Source of the DNA: Vicugna vicugna | Lineage: Eukaryota | Length of the DNA stretch: 64,000 bases | Assembly (NCBI GenBank): GCA_013265495.1 | Contig: MU058714.1 | Coordinates: 124,001-188,000, forward strand | Direction of reading: 5' to 3' | Part shown: positions 21,998 through 33,769 of the stretch, in pieces | Numbering within the stretch: position 1 is the first letter of the stretch | Layout: each line of letters opens with the position of its first letter | Position numbers and translations under genes: made by a program | Notes under the pieces: model-generated | Database searches by the model: none | What the model saw: only the letters and a program-made list of their open reading frames with translations | Told to the model about the DNA's origin: nothing

Positions 21998-24324
21998 GAA
22001 CACCAAGTTAGAAGACAGGAGGGGAGCACAGAACAGGTGCTGAGAGGGCTCACCTGGGACGCTCCAGGAGCTGGTGGGAGAGAAAGGAGGAGCAGGGAGG
22101 GCCCCCAAAGAGAGGGGAGGCGAGACTGCGAAATACCGCAAAAGCCCAAGGAAGGGGCAGTCATGGAAGGAGGGCATCAGACGCTTCAAAGAGGTCCAGC
22201 AGGACTGGACTCCAAGGGAGCCGGCCGACCCCACTCGCCCAGGTGAGACTCGCTGCCTCCACGTAGGGCTGCCAGCTCCATCTCGTCTCGCCCTCACGTG
22301 GACATCATGCTCTGATGAGAGGGCTTCCCTGACCACCCAAGCTAACGTGCCGCAGCAGGGCATCCCTGAGCTGGTGTCCCTGGCCTGCAAGACACGGCAG
22401 AGGGCAGGAGAAAGGGGAGGGGTGTGAGGAGGGGGCTTTGACCCTTTACTGGGCATGGACTGTGGGCAGCGCCCAGGGAAGCAGTGCGAGGGTGAGCCGT
22501 GGGGAATGGGCCGGCCCACCCCCCATCCCGCCCCAAATCGCAGAGGCTGCTCTGTGGACAGATGGCCTGAGAGGTGGGGCAGACATGGCCGGCTCCAGGC
22601 TCACCCCCTGTGCCTGCCCCTCGCCCTAGTTCTGAGGAAAAGCACTGGCCTCCAGCTCTGTGACCCTGGGCTGGGGGATGCAGGGGCAAAGGGAGGTGTA
22701 GAGGCGGGACAGGGGGTGGAGCTGTGGGAAGGGGAGAGGATACAGGGGGCTGGCACAGGGCGCAAGGAGACGTGGGTGGGACACAGGGGGCTGAGACATC
22801 TGGAGACGGACGCATTGGAGGAGGGGGTGCAGACTCGGGGGAGGGGACAGAGGAGGTCAGGTGAGATGGAGTAGAGGAGGGGGGCCGGGAGGGGGGAGCA
22901 GGGTGTCCTTGACCACAGCTGCTCAGCCCCGCGCAGCTGGCCCGGCCGACAGTGCAGCATGGGCTGCGGTCAGGAGCAGCTCTCTCCCACCTTCCTCGGC
23001 GCCATCCGGTATCTGCGTGGCACAAACAGGGCATCTGGTCATAGGATTCTGATGTCGAACAGCTGACAACTTCTCTCTGAGACTGGCTTTACATCACACG
23101 TGGAGGGGACCAAGACCCTAACAGGATTTTAACTTTTGGGAAGTGGAGAGGGTGGAGAGTGCTGAAGGGGGACTCCTGGGGTACCCTCTCCCCAAGGAGG
23201 ACACTTCAGTGCCTGCAGGGACCGGCGCTTCAGGGCACCAATGAGAGGGGTGCTGGGGACTTCTGACTGGGTGCTGTGGCCTCTGGGTCATAAAAAGCCA
23301 GTAGGCCTGGATGAAGACTCATTCCTTGGCGTCGAGTTGCAGGAACCAGAATGACTGCCTCCTGTGAGGCCCCTTCCGGACCCAGGGTCCCTGGGTCCCT
23401 GGACCTGGCCCCAAGACCTCCATTCTGTTGTGCACTCAAAGGTCTAGGGGTTTGCCTGAGCCTGACTCTGTCTCCTGGAAGGTTTTTTAAATGCTCCCTC
23501 TGTTAGGGAAGCTAGGAGGCAGCGTGTCTGTCCACAGAGCAATGTCCTCCCTCCCAGGGCACAGTGAATGCATCAGAGAAATAACTTAAAATGGTAACAT
23601 GCTTTAAAATAAATATATCCCTAGCTACTGTCACCATATGTCCTTTGCACAAACATTCTGAGAATTCCCCGAGCGCCCTGCTGTGGGATAATTCCGCCAC
23701 CAGGAGAAAGCTGCCCTGTTCCCGGCGTGGGCATCGGTTCTCGGCCATCCCCACCTCCCCTGAGCACAGGAGGCGAACGGGGCAGGCACAGCAAGAGGGA
23801 TTTGAGGCAGAAACAGCGCCCAGAAGGATTTCTTGGCAGGACATGGCATTAAATGCCCACCAGAGCAAGATGTCACATGTCCCTTTTCTTGACAGCCCAG
23901 GGGCACAGTGATGCCCACCTCGGAGCCTCCCACGTTGTCACTTGAATGCCAAAGGCCCATCTGCCCCCACAAGTCAGGGGCTCTTGAGAACAGCACCGGC
24001 CACAGAGCAGGACGCGGACGCCTTCCTGGGTGACCGCGTGGAGGCAGGGTGATGAGCTGATGACCTTGCCCGGCCGTCTCCCGCCAAGGGCCCTTCTCCT
24101 GGCTACCTGCCCCTTTGTGGCCCCCTCCCAGCCAGGCCATTATCCCAGAGGAGCTGGGCTCTCCTGGGCCTGCACTGGCTGTGGCTGTCATGAGAGTCCT
24201 GCCAAGGCCAGACCTAAACTCTGGGCTCACCTGCCTGCAACACATCAGCCCCCTCGGCACTTCAGCCCCCTCTGCTGAATCAGGAACTTCCTGGGGAGAT
24301 GGGGAAGTTCCCTGTCTCAGCCTA

Positions 24325-24428
24325 CATGACGTTACACAGGTTCGTACATTTGTCAACACTGTTCGGCCTAAGATGTGTGCATTTCATACTATGTAAATTA
24401 CTCTCAAGTTTTCAATTAAAAAAAAAAG
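24325..24428 (+). mobile_element. Ancient L1M 3' terminal fragment
   Basis: tacatttgtcaacact...ctaagatgtgtgcatttcatactatgtaaattac, followed by poly-A. Confidence 0.6.
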
Positions 24429-24784
24429 TCCCCTCCTGGACTGACAATAGATTGCGAGTCACAGTCGCCATCTCAAGTCCCTGCAGCTCGCCAGAGCCCG
24501 ATCAATACGTCTGGGAAGAAGCAATAATCAGCATAATTATTCTGCAGGTGTCCCACACTCGCCCCAGGGGACTACCACCAGGAGTGACAGGAGGGCCACC
24601 GCCGCCAGCATGCCATCACCCCCAGCCTCGGTCTGCCGTCTGCTCGCCCCCTCCCTAGCAGTGAGAAGGAAGGGGGGCAACATGACAGGACAGGAGGTGT
24701 CTCAGCCCCAGACCCTGCCCAGGCCGCCCAGCACGCTGGGAGCGGGGACTGGCGTCCAGGCCGGCCTCCTCGGGGCAGTCCCAG

Positions 24785-25081
24785 AAGAGGTGGCGAGCTA
24801 TTTCCAAGCCTGAGTCAGAAGAAACCTCGTATGTTTCCACAGTTCTCTTGGGCCCCTGGTCCCAGGAGGGGATAAAAGACACAGAAAGCAGGGCTGCCCC
24901 AGCTCCACCCAGCCTGGAGCAGGGCCACTGAGTCCATCTGCAGACCCACAGAGGAGCCCAGCCAAGGTCAGCTGACCCCCCAGTGGACCCAGGGACTGGT
25001 GAGCAATGAAGAGAAAGAATTCTTGTTTTAAGCAACTGACTTTGGAGGTAGTTTGCAGGGCAGCAACCGCTAACGGATACA
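24785..25081 (+). mobile_element. Old MLT1 (H/I/J-like) LTR fragment
   Basis: gagcccagccaaggtcagctgaccccccag...ttcttgttttaagcaactgactttggaggtagtttg...gctaacggataca. Confidence 0.65.
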
Positions 25082-25429
25082 ACTTTCCCCTTCCATTTCC
25101 CGCTCCCCTTCTCCCTCCGTCTGTGTCACATGCTGTGTAACTTGTAGTGACGTCGCTCCTACAAAGCCAGAGAAGGAAAGACTTCTGCAGGCAGATCACA
25201 TGACGCCTCGATTCCCTGCCGACAACCCCGCTTCCCCACTGGAAACGGGGAGCGACAGCGCAGCTCACAGCCGGGGCCGAGGCGTGACCACCGAGAGAGT
25301 TCAGCCAGGCTGTCCACGGCCTGGAGCGGCAGAGCCCAGTGCCGGGGATTTGTCTGTCTGTCTGTCTACTTTGAAGTCGAGGTAATGCAATTTTCAGAAT
25401 CCCCAGGGAGCTGGGCTCTCGGGTGCTGG

Positions 25430-25850
25430 GGAAGAATGATTTGTCGTGGGGATCGCTGCCCAGCGGAGACGAGGGCCGTGGCGGAGGGCGTGCGGCGGCC
25501 GCCCGCCCGCGCGCCAGGGGTTCCACGTGGCTCGCCCACGCCAGTCACTTCCCCTTCAGGCCCGCTGCGGGGGGGCCGAAGGGCGATTTGCCACGGTTAT
25601 GACAACAAAAACTAAAATTGGGTCAAACCTGAAAGGTATTACCTTCCTCCAAGCGGCGAAACGCGCGAGAGTAACGAGGTCGGTAAGCGGCACCCCTCGG
25701 CTGCGCGAGCCGCGGTGAAGACAGGCCGGCCAGGTTGGTGGGCGGCTCCAGCCGCCCCGCGCCGCGCCCCCCACCCCGAGGCGGAGGGGCCTGGGCGCCG
25801 CAGCGCGCTGACACCAGAGACCCTCTGGCCGGAGAGACGGGGTATCTGAC
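25430..25850. promoter_or_regulatory. CpG island-like patch
   Basis: Very dense CpG (gcgtgcggcggccgcccgcccgcgcgcc, ggcgaaacgcgcgagagtaacg, gccgccccgcgccgcgcc) with GC boxes. Not inside a recognisable repeat. Confidence 0.65.
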
Positions 25851-26489
25851 GTGCTTGGGAATCTTCCCAGCTACCAAGGAATGGGGACGTCCAAGGGCCA
25901 GGAAACTGGACCCCCAGGGGACAGCCCTCTCTTGCTTCCCTGTCACCTCCCATGCCGACCTCTCCTGGTCATCCTCATGCCCACCCACGAGTGTGAACCC
26001 GTGAGAGCCCAGAGGCTGAGGATCCGCCCCAGCTCAGCCCCTCCCTCCACGGAATCCTAGCATTTAACTGTCGCAGACACAATGCCAATACCTAGAATTT
26101 GCATAATGTGCCCTTCTCCTTATAAATTATTGATTTGTATTCCAGGCGCATGCACACACCCCGCCTGGAGCCCATCCTTCAAAGCCTCACTGTCAACAGG
26201 CTTCAAATTGGACCCATCATCTCAGGTTATACAGTATTTATAAACTGACCTGTCCCATCACGAGGAGTTATTCTTAGAAACCACCCTGCCTCATCTCAAG
26301 GGAGGGGAGAGGGAAACAGAGGGACACTGGGAGCAAGAAGGCTTCCTTCCAGAACTGATTTTATTTTCCACTAGTGTGACAGTTACCATTAAAACAGTGG
26401 GTGGGGTGTGTCGGTAAAGCTGTGGACATGCCAGTGTTCCCTGACCAGGGTGAAGCGGACAGAGACGGAGGGAGGTCAGAAAACCCATG

Positions 26490-26625
26490 TCATCGCCCCC
26501 ATTCACAAGCCGCGTGACCACCAGGCACGTCCCAGTGAGCCTTGCTGGTAAGCCTCAGTGCCTTCATCTGCACAATGGGGCTAATGCAACCTTCGCACAG
26601 GATGGGGAGAATGGAGTGAGACTGG
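26490..26625 (+). mobile_element. MIR remnant
   Basis: gcgtgacc...aagcctcagtgccttcatctgcacaatggggctaat matches the MIR core. Confidence 0.6.
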
Positions 26626-26659
26626 CTACCCGAAAGGGCTTTTAAAACATTAAACTATC

Positions 26660-26755
26660 TTCTGACACCTGCTGTAACATAGCTGAACCTTGAGGACATC
26701 ATGCTGAGTGAAATAAGCCAGTCACGAAAGGACAAATACTGTCTGACTCCACGTG
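26660..26755 (+). mobile_element. L1M fragment covering the decayed ORF2 C-terminus
   Basis: Translates to LNLEDIMLSEISQSRKDKYCLTP, which matches the L1 ORF2p C-terminal motif (WMNLE.IMLSEISQ.QKDKYCMI). Confidence 0.8.
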
Positions 26756-26821
26756 TACAATTCCACCGGTGCCCCTTTGCTACAAGCAGACGTAGGGCAG
26801 CGCGAGCCTCTGGCAGCCTCC

Positions 26822-27120
26822 GGAGCTGTGTGGTCCAACAGAAACACTGTGTGAGCTTCCTTTATAATTTGACATTCTCGAGTAGCCATACATAAAAACA
26901 ATTAAAAGGAACAAGTGAAAGTAATTTTTACGATTTTTCAATTTAACACAGTCTATTCAATATAGTATCATTTCAACATCCATATAAAAACGACCTGTGA
27001 GATTCTAGCTCCTTTGTCCTGCACTGAGGCTTTGAGTTCCAGGTACACGGCAGCTCAGCCCACCTGGCCACACTTCTGTGCCCGACAGCCAGCGCGGCCG
27101 TGGCCGCCACACTGGCCGGG
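26822..27120. mobile_element. hAT-Charlie DNA transposon remnant, MER33/MER3-like
   Basis: gtccaacagaaacac...tctcgagtagccatacataaaaa...aacaagtgaaagtaatt...atttaacacag...tcatttcaacat. Similar to 59600-59886. Confidence 0.65.
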
Positions 27121-27789
27121 CTTCCTCCTGCAGCCCTGCAGCTGAGGAGAAGTGGGGCCCACTGGGTTTGCAGTGGTCCACCGAGACAGTCAGATGAGAG
27201 GGAGCAGGGTCGCCCGGTCCTGGGGGCTGACCAGCAGGAAGGACCGGCCTCAGCCTGGCTCCCACAAACTCCTCCACGGCCAGCTGTCAGAACACAAGCT
27301 CTCTGAAGGAAGGCACTGGCCCTGTGGGATCCAGAGGGGTATGGTGGGGCCAACAGGGGCTCCCGGGCCAGGACAGGGCATAAAACCCTTCATCGAGAGC
27401 TAGAATCCAGCAGCCCCTGTCATGAACACCCATCTTAGTGAAAGAGGACGCATGGGGTGGGGTGCCCAGACCTCTCCTCTTGAGCTCCTGAGACCCTCCC
27501 CCGACAGAGCTCCTAGGACTGGGGTCTGAGGGAGGTCAGCCCCCCACAAGGGCCGTCTGCATGTTAAGTGCTCATTCACTATAGCTTTTATGACACACGT
27601 TTCCCAACTGGAAGGTGGCAGAGGAGGAAATGAGAGGGAACTATCCGTAACAGAGCCATCTACTAACGGCACAGATTTAGAAACCAAGCTTCTCCCTTGC
27701 CAAGCCAGAGGACAGCCACGGAGAGGAGCCCCTCCAATCTCGCGTGGCCCGCCTCCTACCAAGGCGGTGTGTTTTGTTATGACACGGGG

Positions 27790-28220
27790 TTGAGTCTCTG
27801 CTGCCATTAATGGGTGGCTCAAAGGAAGAAGTCTATTCTCTCCCAGAAGCCAGAAGTCCGAAGGCAGCTTCACGGGGCTGAAGTCAAGGTGCAGCAGGGC
27901 TGCACTCCCATCAGGGGCTCTGGGGGGACTCCATCGTCTGCCTCTTCCAGCTTCCAGTGGCCCCAAGCGCTCCTTGCCTTGTGCCCACACCACTCTGTCT
28001 CTGCCTCTTTTGTCACATGGCCTTCCTTCTGTTTGTGTGAAATCTCTCTCTGCCCTCCTCTTGTAAGGACGTCTGGGGTTCATCTGGGGCCCACCTGGAT
28101 ACTGGAGGGTCACCTCTCCATCACAGGACCCTTAACTTAATCACAGTCTGTCCCTCCTTGTCACGTAAAGTGGAACTCCCAAGTTCTAGGGATTTGGGAA
28201 CCCACTGTTCAGCCAACTAC
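27790..28220 (-). mobile_element. MLT1D-like solo LTR
   Basis: gccagaagtccgaa...cacggggctgaagtcaaggtg...tgcctcttccagcttccagtgg...gggcccacctggata...ccttaacttaatcaca. Confidence 0.8.
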
Positions 28221-28659
28221 AGGCACCATGCGACACCAGCACCATACGTCATATGTACGTGCACGTGGGGATCAGGCTAGATTCGAGGAGATCAGATTAG
28301 ATTAGACAGATTCATTCCCTGGTGACAAAGCTGGCCACTTGCCACAGCACATCGTTCTCGGGGAGGGGCCAGCTTTGCCTACTGAAGGCCAGTGCCTGGC
28401 AGGTGAAGGGCCCCCTGGCGGGAAGCTGCTGCTCAGCGTCCCCACAGCTCAGGCTCTGAGCCCAGGGTGGGCGGAGAGGTACCCCAAAGCCATCCGGGAG
28501 GGCACCACCAAAGGGCTCTGTATCAGCAGCTGTCGGCATCGCCACCAGCACCACTGCAGCTGAGGGTCTGCAGAAGACCCTGCCCAGGCCCTGCCCTGTC
28601 TCCTCTCCCTCAACATTCCAGTGCCCAAATGGCCTACTGCCTGGGGCCGCTCCCAGTAC

Positions 28660-28880
28660 CAATTCTCTATCAATCAGTGTCCAATCGGGAGGCAAAAACC
28701 ACACCTCCATTTTGCCTCAAAATTATAGCGGATGCTTAATATAAAGAATGATGAACTGTTACAGGGATCTGAGATAAAGGGGGATTGGCTAGTGAAAGGC
28801 AAGGAGAACTCTAGAAATATGAGACAAGCAGGTACGAGGGTCCACCATTACTTCTGGGTCTGAGCAGGAAGAGACTCCGC
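28660..28880. mobile_element. Possible old ERVL-type LTR fragment
   Basis: tatcaatcagtgtccaatcgggaggcaaaaaccacac...ttaatataaagaat...gggattggctagtgaa resembles old ERVL LTRs. The family is uncertain. Confidence 0.4.
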
Positions 28881-29439
28881 GGAAGGGGATCCCCCTCCCT
28901 CACCCCCCAGCTATGGGGAGGGCACAGCTGTGTCCTGGCAGAGAACTGCCAGCCCCTGCCAGGGCCTGGAGACCTGGAGTCGGGAATCACACTCCCTTAG
29001 CAGCCTCGAGAAGGAACGGCAGAGGTGGGGGTACACATACCCCAGATCCCTCCCCGTGGTGGGAGAGCCCTAGGGGGAACGTTCACGCCGGCCCCCAGAG
29101 TCCCAGCGGGATAGGCCCCAACTGCCCTGGAGGCCACGGGCCGCTTCTCTCCCTGGCCCCCTCCCCACGCCCCTTCCTCCCCATCACCACTGGCCTTGAC
29201 CACTTATCTCGGAGTCTGCTCCTGGGAGCCCCCAGACAGACACACAAGCACAGCCAGAACACCAGGGAGGTGCAGCGTCCGGGACGAAGTGCACTTGAGG
29301 ATGTGACCAGCGCTGGATCGCCTAAACGACCCACGGGGTTTAGATGAGCATTTTGACAGTGAAACTGATCTGTACCACTGCCATCCACTACATGCTTCCT
29401 AAGCGCAAGGAAGAGGTGCTGAATGCTTCACCTGCACGT

Positions 29440-29575
29440 CTCACTGGACCCACACAACCAAGAGGCTCTGCCGTTGCCCCTGCTTCACGGTTGAGGAAAC
29501 CAAGGCTGAGGGCACTTCTTGGCCAAGGCCACACCACTGGCAAGAGGCCAAGGATGGACTCAAGCCCAGGTGCCC
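29440..29575 (-). mobile_element. MIR remnant
   Basis: ttcacggttgaggaaaccaaggctgaggg...cttggccaaggccacac...ggactcaagcccagg matches antisense MIR. Confidence 0.6.
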
Positions 29576-32500
29576 CCGCCCCCAACTCTCATCCAAGCCA
29601 AGCGCGTGAATGCTTACGGCCGACTTTGTGATGTTGCCAGGCCACGGACGAAGATAACCAGAGGAAGCCGGCATTCGAGGGAGAAAAGAGAAACCCAGAG
29701 GCGGAGTGAGGACATAGACACTGGAGATCCCGCAGACCCTGTGTGGCAACAAGAGTGACCCCGGTGTCTTCACATGGAAGCTGCCTCCCGCCAGAGCGGA
29801 GCAGGAGCAGGAGGGCCCGGGGCAGCGGGAGGGACCAAGGATGCCAGCTTCCTGCCCAGCTGGACTGTAGGGCCCTTTTGAGGACATGGAGGAGGTACGA
29901 GGACTCCCAGCTGTCACTTGGCTCCCGTGATCACTAAATCACGAATCACAGGAACGTTGGAGGAGCCGCTGCGTGGCCATCTGTCATGGGGCATGGGGAA
30001 GGAGGTGCCCGCTGGGCAGGAAGCTGGCTTGGGTGACCTCCATGTCCTGGCCCATCCTTGGGTCCAGGTGCTGTCAGACTTCTCAAGCGGGGACCCAGGC
30101 AGCCCCGTTTCAGCAGCGGCTGCCCCAGCCCACAGAGCATCTCAGCCCAGTAACCAAAGACGGAGCCCGGACAGTGAGAGAAAGGCCAGGTCAAGGGCGG
30201 CGCAGACGGAGGTGCTGAGCTCGACCCGCCCCGGCTCCCTCCTGTCTGTCCCAGGTTGGGAAGTGGGGGAACGGATGGCATCTGCCAGCCCAGCACGTCT
30301 TGGCAGGACAAAAGCATCGGGCCACGGGCCACGGAAGAGAGGTGGCCCGGGAAGGGAGGGTGGAAGAGCACAGTTCCCTGCGCTGCCCAGCTAAGGCCTC
30401 GGGACGGAGAGGAGCTGAAGCGTCCAGGCTTTCCCCCCAGCCCTGCCACCACGTGGGGCCTGCAGCGAGGCACCGAGCCTGCGCTGGCGTTCTGGGCTGG
30501 CACTGGCTGTCGGGCAGCTGCCCCTCGTCCCCCCCAGAAGTGGTCCGCACACCTCGTGGAACCTGAGGGAAGGGAGAGCAGAGGAGCCTGGCCCTGAGCT
30601 CCTGGCCGCAGAGCCAGGAGGCCAGTGAGCAGGAAGCAGCCCGGGGTCCGTGGGGGTGACCTCTCTGTCCTGCCTGCTTTTCGCCCCACATCTGCAGTCA
30701 GACGCTGTTACCTCGAGGCCTCAGCTCTTACTACAGACAGGCTGGGCCTATCAGACCCCCCAGTGCTCCCCGACCCTGGACAGGCCCAGGGATGCCCGCC
30801 CCCACGCCTCTGACAGCTCCACTGCCCAGCGGGGTGACGTGAAGCTGCAGTGCGCCCTGAACGCCTCACGCTGAGCAGTGGCGCACCACTGACTCCGAGT
30901 CCCGGGTCCAGAGGAGGCCCTCCATGCGGGGTAGACATCATCACTGCTTCTCATAAGCTGGCTGAATCCTGCAGCCCCTGGAGGAGACGTTCATGAAGTA
31001 ACTCAATGCGAATGGTACCTTTCTAGAAGGTTCCAGAGGCTTCTCTAACTGCCACCCCACGGAGGCAGCAGGGGAACATCCTCTTTCCATTACAGAGGAG
31101 AAAGGGAGGCATGGTGTCAGCACAGCCTCACAGAGCAGGCCCAGAAAATCGCCCATTTCCCTGAAAGACAGATTTGACCTGCCCCCACCCCACCCAACCA
31201 GGGCCTGAGACCCCCATCACGGAGACGGGGGGGAGAGAGAAAGCCTCAGACTCCAGAGTTTTGCCACCAGGACGCCCACCAAACAGCTGGGTTCTCCTCA
31301 TCAAAGACCGCAGACGGGCCCCGGAAACCTGGCTGGGGTTACCTCAGGAAAGGACGGCGGCCCACCTGGATTTAAGCCGCAGGGAACAGGCTTTCAACCT
31401 GGCTGGTAACAAGGACGCGGCAGACCTCGAGGCCACGGTGAAGGCAGGTGGGCAGACAGGAGGGGGGAGCAGGGTGGGAGAAGGGGTGGCAGGGTCCCTG
31501 CGGCAGGCGGATGTCACTAACCCCCAAGGGGGCATTCCCACAGCAACCAGGGTTGGTGGCGGATTTACCATTTGTCCACTTTTGCTGGAAAGGGGTCAGC
31601 AGTGAAAGTGTACAGGGTGACCACGCGGCTAGAGCAGGCAGGGGACACTGCCGCCGAGCTGGCTCCACTGGCTCGTCACGCCCCGTCCCAGTCTGGGGCC
31701 CCTGCCGGGGTTGGGGGCATCCTGTGCAGGACCCAGACCTCCTGCGCTGTGGGTCCCCCAGGACAGGCGGGTCGCTCTGCCCTCACAGTCATGAAGCCAC
31801 AAGGGGTCCCCCTCTCGGGCGAGGGGCCCCCCCGGGACGAGGCACAGGACAGCGGGTGTCCACGTGGTGGTGTCAGGGCGGACAGGACTCGGCACCTTGT
31901 GTCCCTGTGTGGGTGGCCCCCACCAGGACATATGGGACCTTCGGAGATAAGACAGACCAGAGGGCAAGAGAAGGGCCCTCTGTCCTTCCATCACCTGTTC
32001 CGCCTGGCCCCATGCCCCCTGCCGTCCCCAAGAGGTCACACTCAGATTATGAGGTTGTTTCTGTTCACTGCAACCACCTTCAGGTCCCCAAAGGCAGCGT
32101 AGGTAAGTAGGACCACCAAGAGGCCTGACAGGGCCTCCTCCCCACCACGCCGTCAGCAAGAGTCCAGGGACCCACCCCTTCCCTTCCCTCCAGGCCTCCA
32201 TCGTCCTGTCATTCCAGCCCCGCTGGGAATGCTCAAGCCAGAATCCAAGGCTGGGCTGACGGTGTGGGAGGTCCAGGCAGCGCGGGGAGGGTCCTGATCG
32301 GAAGCAGGAGCCTGGGTCCCAGCCTGTGCTGCCACTGGCCCAGTGGCCCTGGGGAGGCCCACTCTGTCCCTCTCTGAGCCTCAGCTTCCCACCCGTCAGG
32401 ACGGGCCCACACTCGGCAATCAGCCAAGCCCCTTCCGTCCTCCTGCTGGGCCCGGAAGCCTACAGAAAGGGGGCACTGCCAGACGTTTCCTAATAAGCTT

Positions 32501-33743
32501 ATGTTACTTTTACAATTGGAGAAAAACAAACTTCGTGACAGGAGTAAATGGCAGGGAAGGCCATGAAACTGCCTCCAGGCCCCAAGGGGTGGTGTGAATG
32601 GCCTCACACAGCTCCGGGAACAGGCTGCAGTCAGCCCCGCCAGCCAGCCAGCCAAGTGTTCTGCAGGGGACAAAGCAGAACTGCCTGGCGTGGACAGAGG
32701 GACCACGGAAAAGCCGCTGATCCTGCCCTGCGGGCAGGACGACCACGGCCACACCATGGGCAGGCCGGCGAGCCTCCTCGGAGCTCCAGTCTGAACCCCA
32801 GCAGGGTGAGCCCCAGCCTGCCAAGCCCCAGCCCTCGCTCTCCACGGTGGCCCCCCTCCTACCCACTGCCTGGCCTGGTGAGCACGCAGGACACGGGGAG
32901 GGGCGAGGAGCGCGGCCGCTGCTGGCAGCCAGCCACCCCTACCCCCACCAATGACACGTTCATTTCTATGCGCTGTCAGCCCCACCGAATCCCATGACCT
33001 TGGCATTTGGGGGCCACGGGAGAAGGACGCCGTGCGTGCGCAGCCCCTCCATCCAAGACATCAATTAACATTCCTGTGCAAAGTTGGGGCTGTAATTACA
33101 GCAAGTGATTAACAGGCCGAGGTAGCCTGTCTCAGAGGGAGCAGATTAACGGCGCAGGTTGGGAGTGCCTGCGCTCACCTCGGAACCACCGGCGCGTCTT
33201 AAACAGGGGCCCCGGTGCCCTGCTAGCTGGTGATTAATGGAGGAGGTGAGAGTGGGGACGTTTCCCTGGCACCCGTCACCGAGCCTTTTCCTCCTGGCCA
33301 GGTGCGGGAAAGGAGGGCGGCCAGGACTTGAGGCGGACTACCTGCGAGCCCCAGGGGCGGGGCAGGCCTCGCCCCACCTCCTCCAGGACGAACAGGAGCC
33401 TTGGGAGCAGCCTCTCAGCAAGGGAGAGGCAGAGGAAGGCCAAGCCCACAGGACCCACATCCACTAGAAGCCAGGAAGACTCACAAAGCCGTGCAGAACC
33501 CATGGCCGCCCCCAGGTCCCCCACCCCAGGCAACACTCCAGGCTCCACTAATAGGCAGAGGCTCCTGCCAGCATGGCCGCCCTCCAAGCAAGGGTCCCCA
33601 GGTCAAGCAGAACTGCTCAGCTGGTGGAGGGGGCGGAGGTGGGGCTGGGGCACCTCCCAAGGATGAAGCGGGGGAGAGGGGAGGGGGAAGGAACCCTGCC
33701 CATCGAACTGGGCGCTTTCAGGACCTTCTCACATCCACACAGG

Positions 33744-33769
33744 GTGTGTGTGTGTGTGTGTGTGTGTGT
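33744..33769 (+). repeat. (GT)13 microsatellite
   Basis: Perfect GT run, directly visible. Confidence 0.95.

Noticed and set aside
26701..26895. ORF starting MLSEISQSRKDKYC
   Set aside because: It is a decayed L1 ORF2 C-terminal fragment running into a DNA transposon, not a gene. The same applies to the ORF at 36370-36624.
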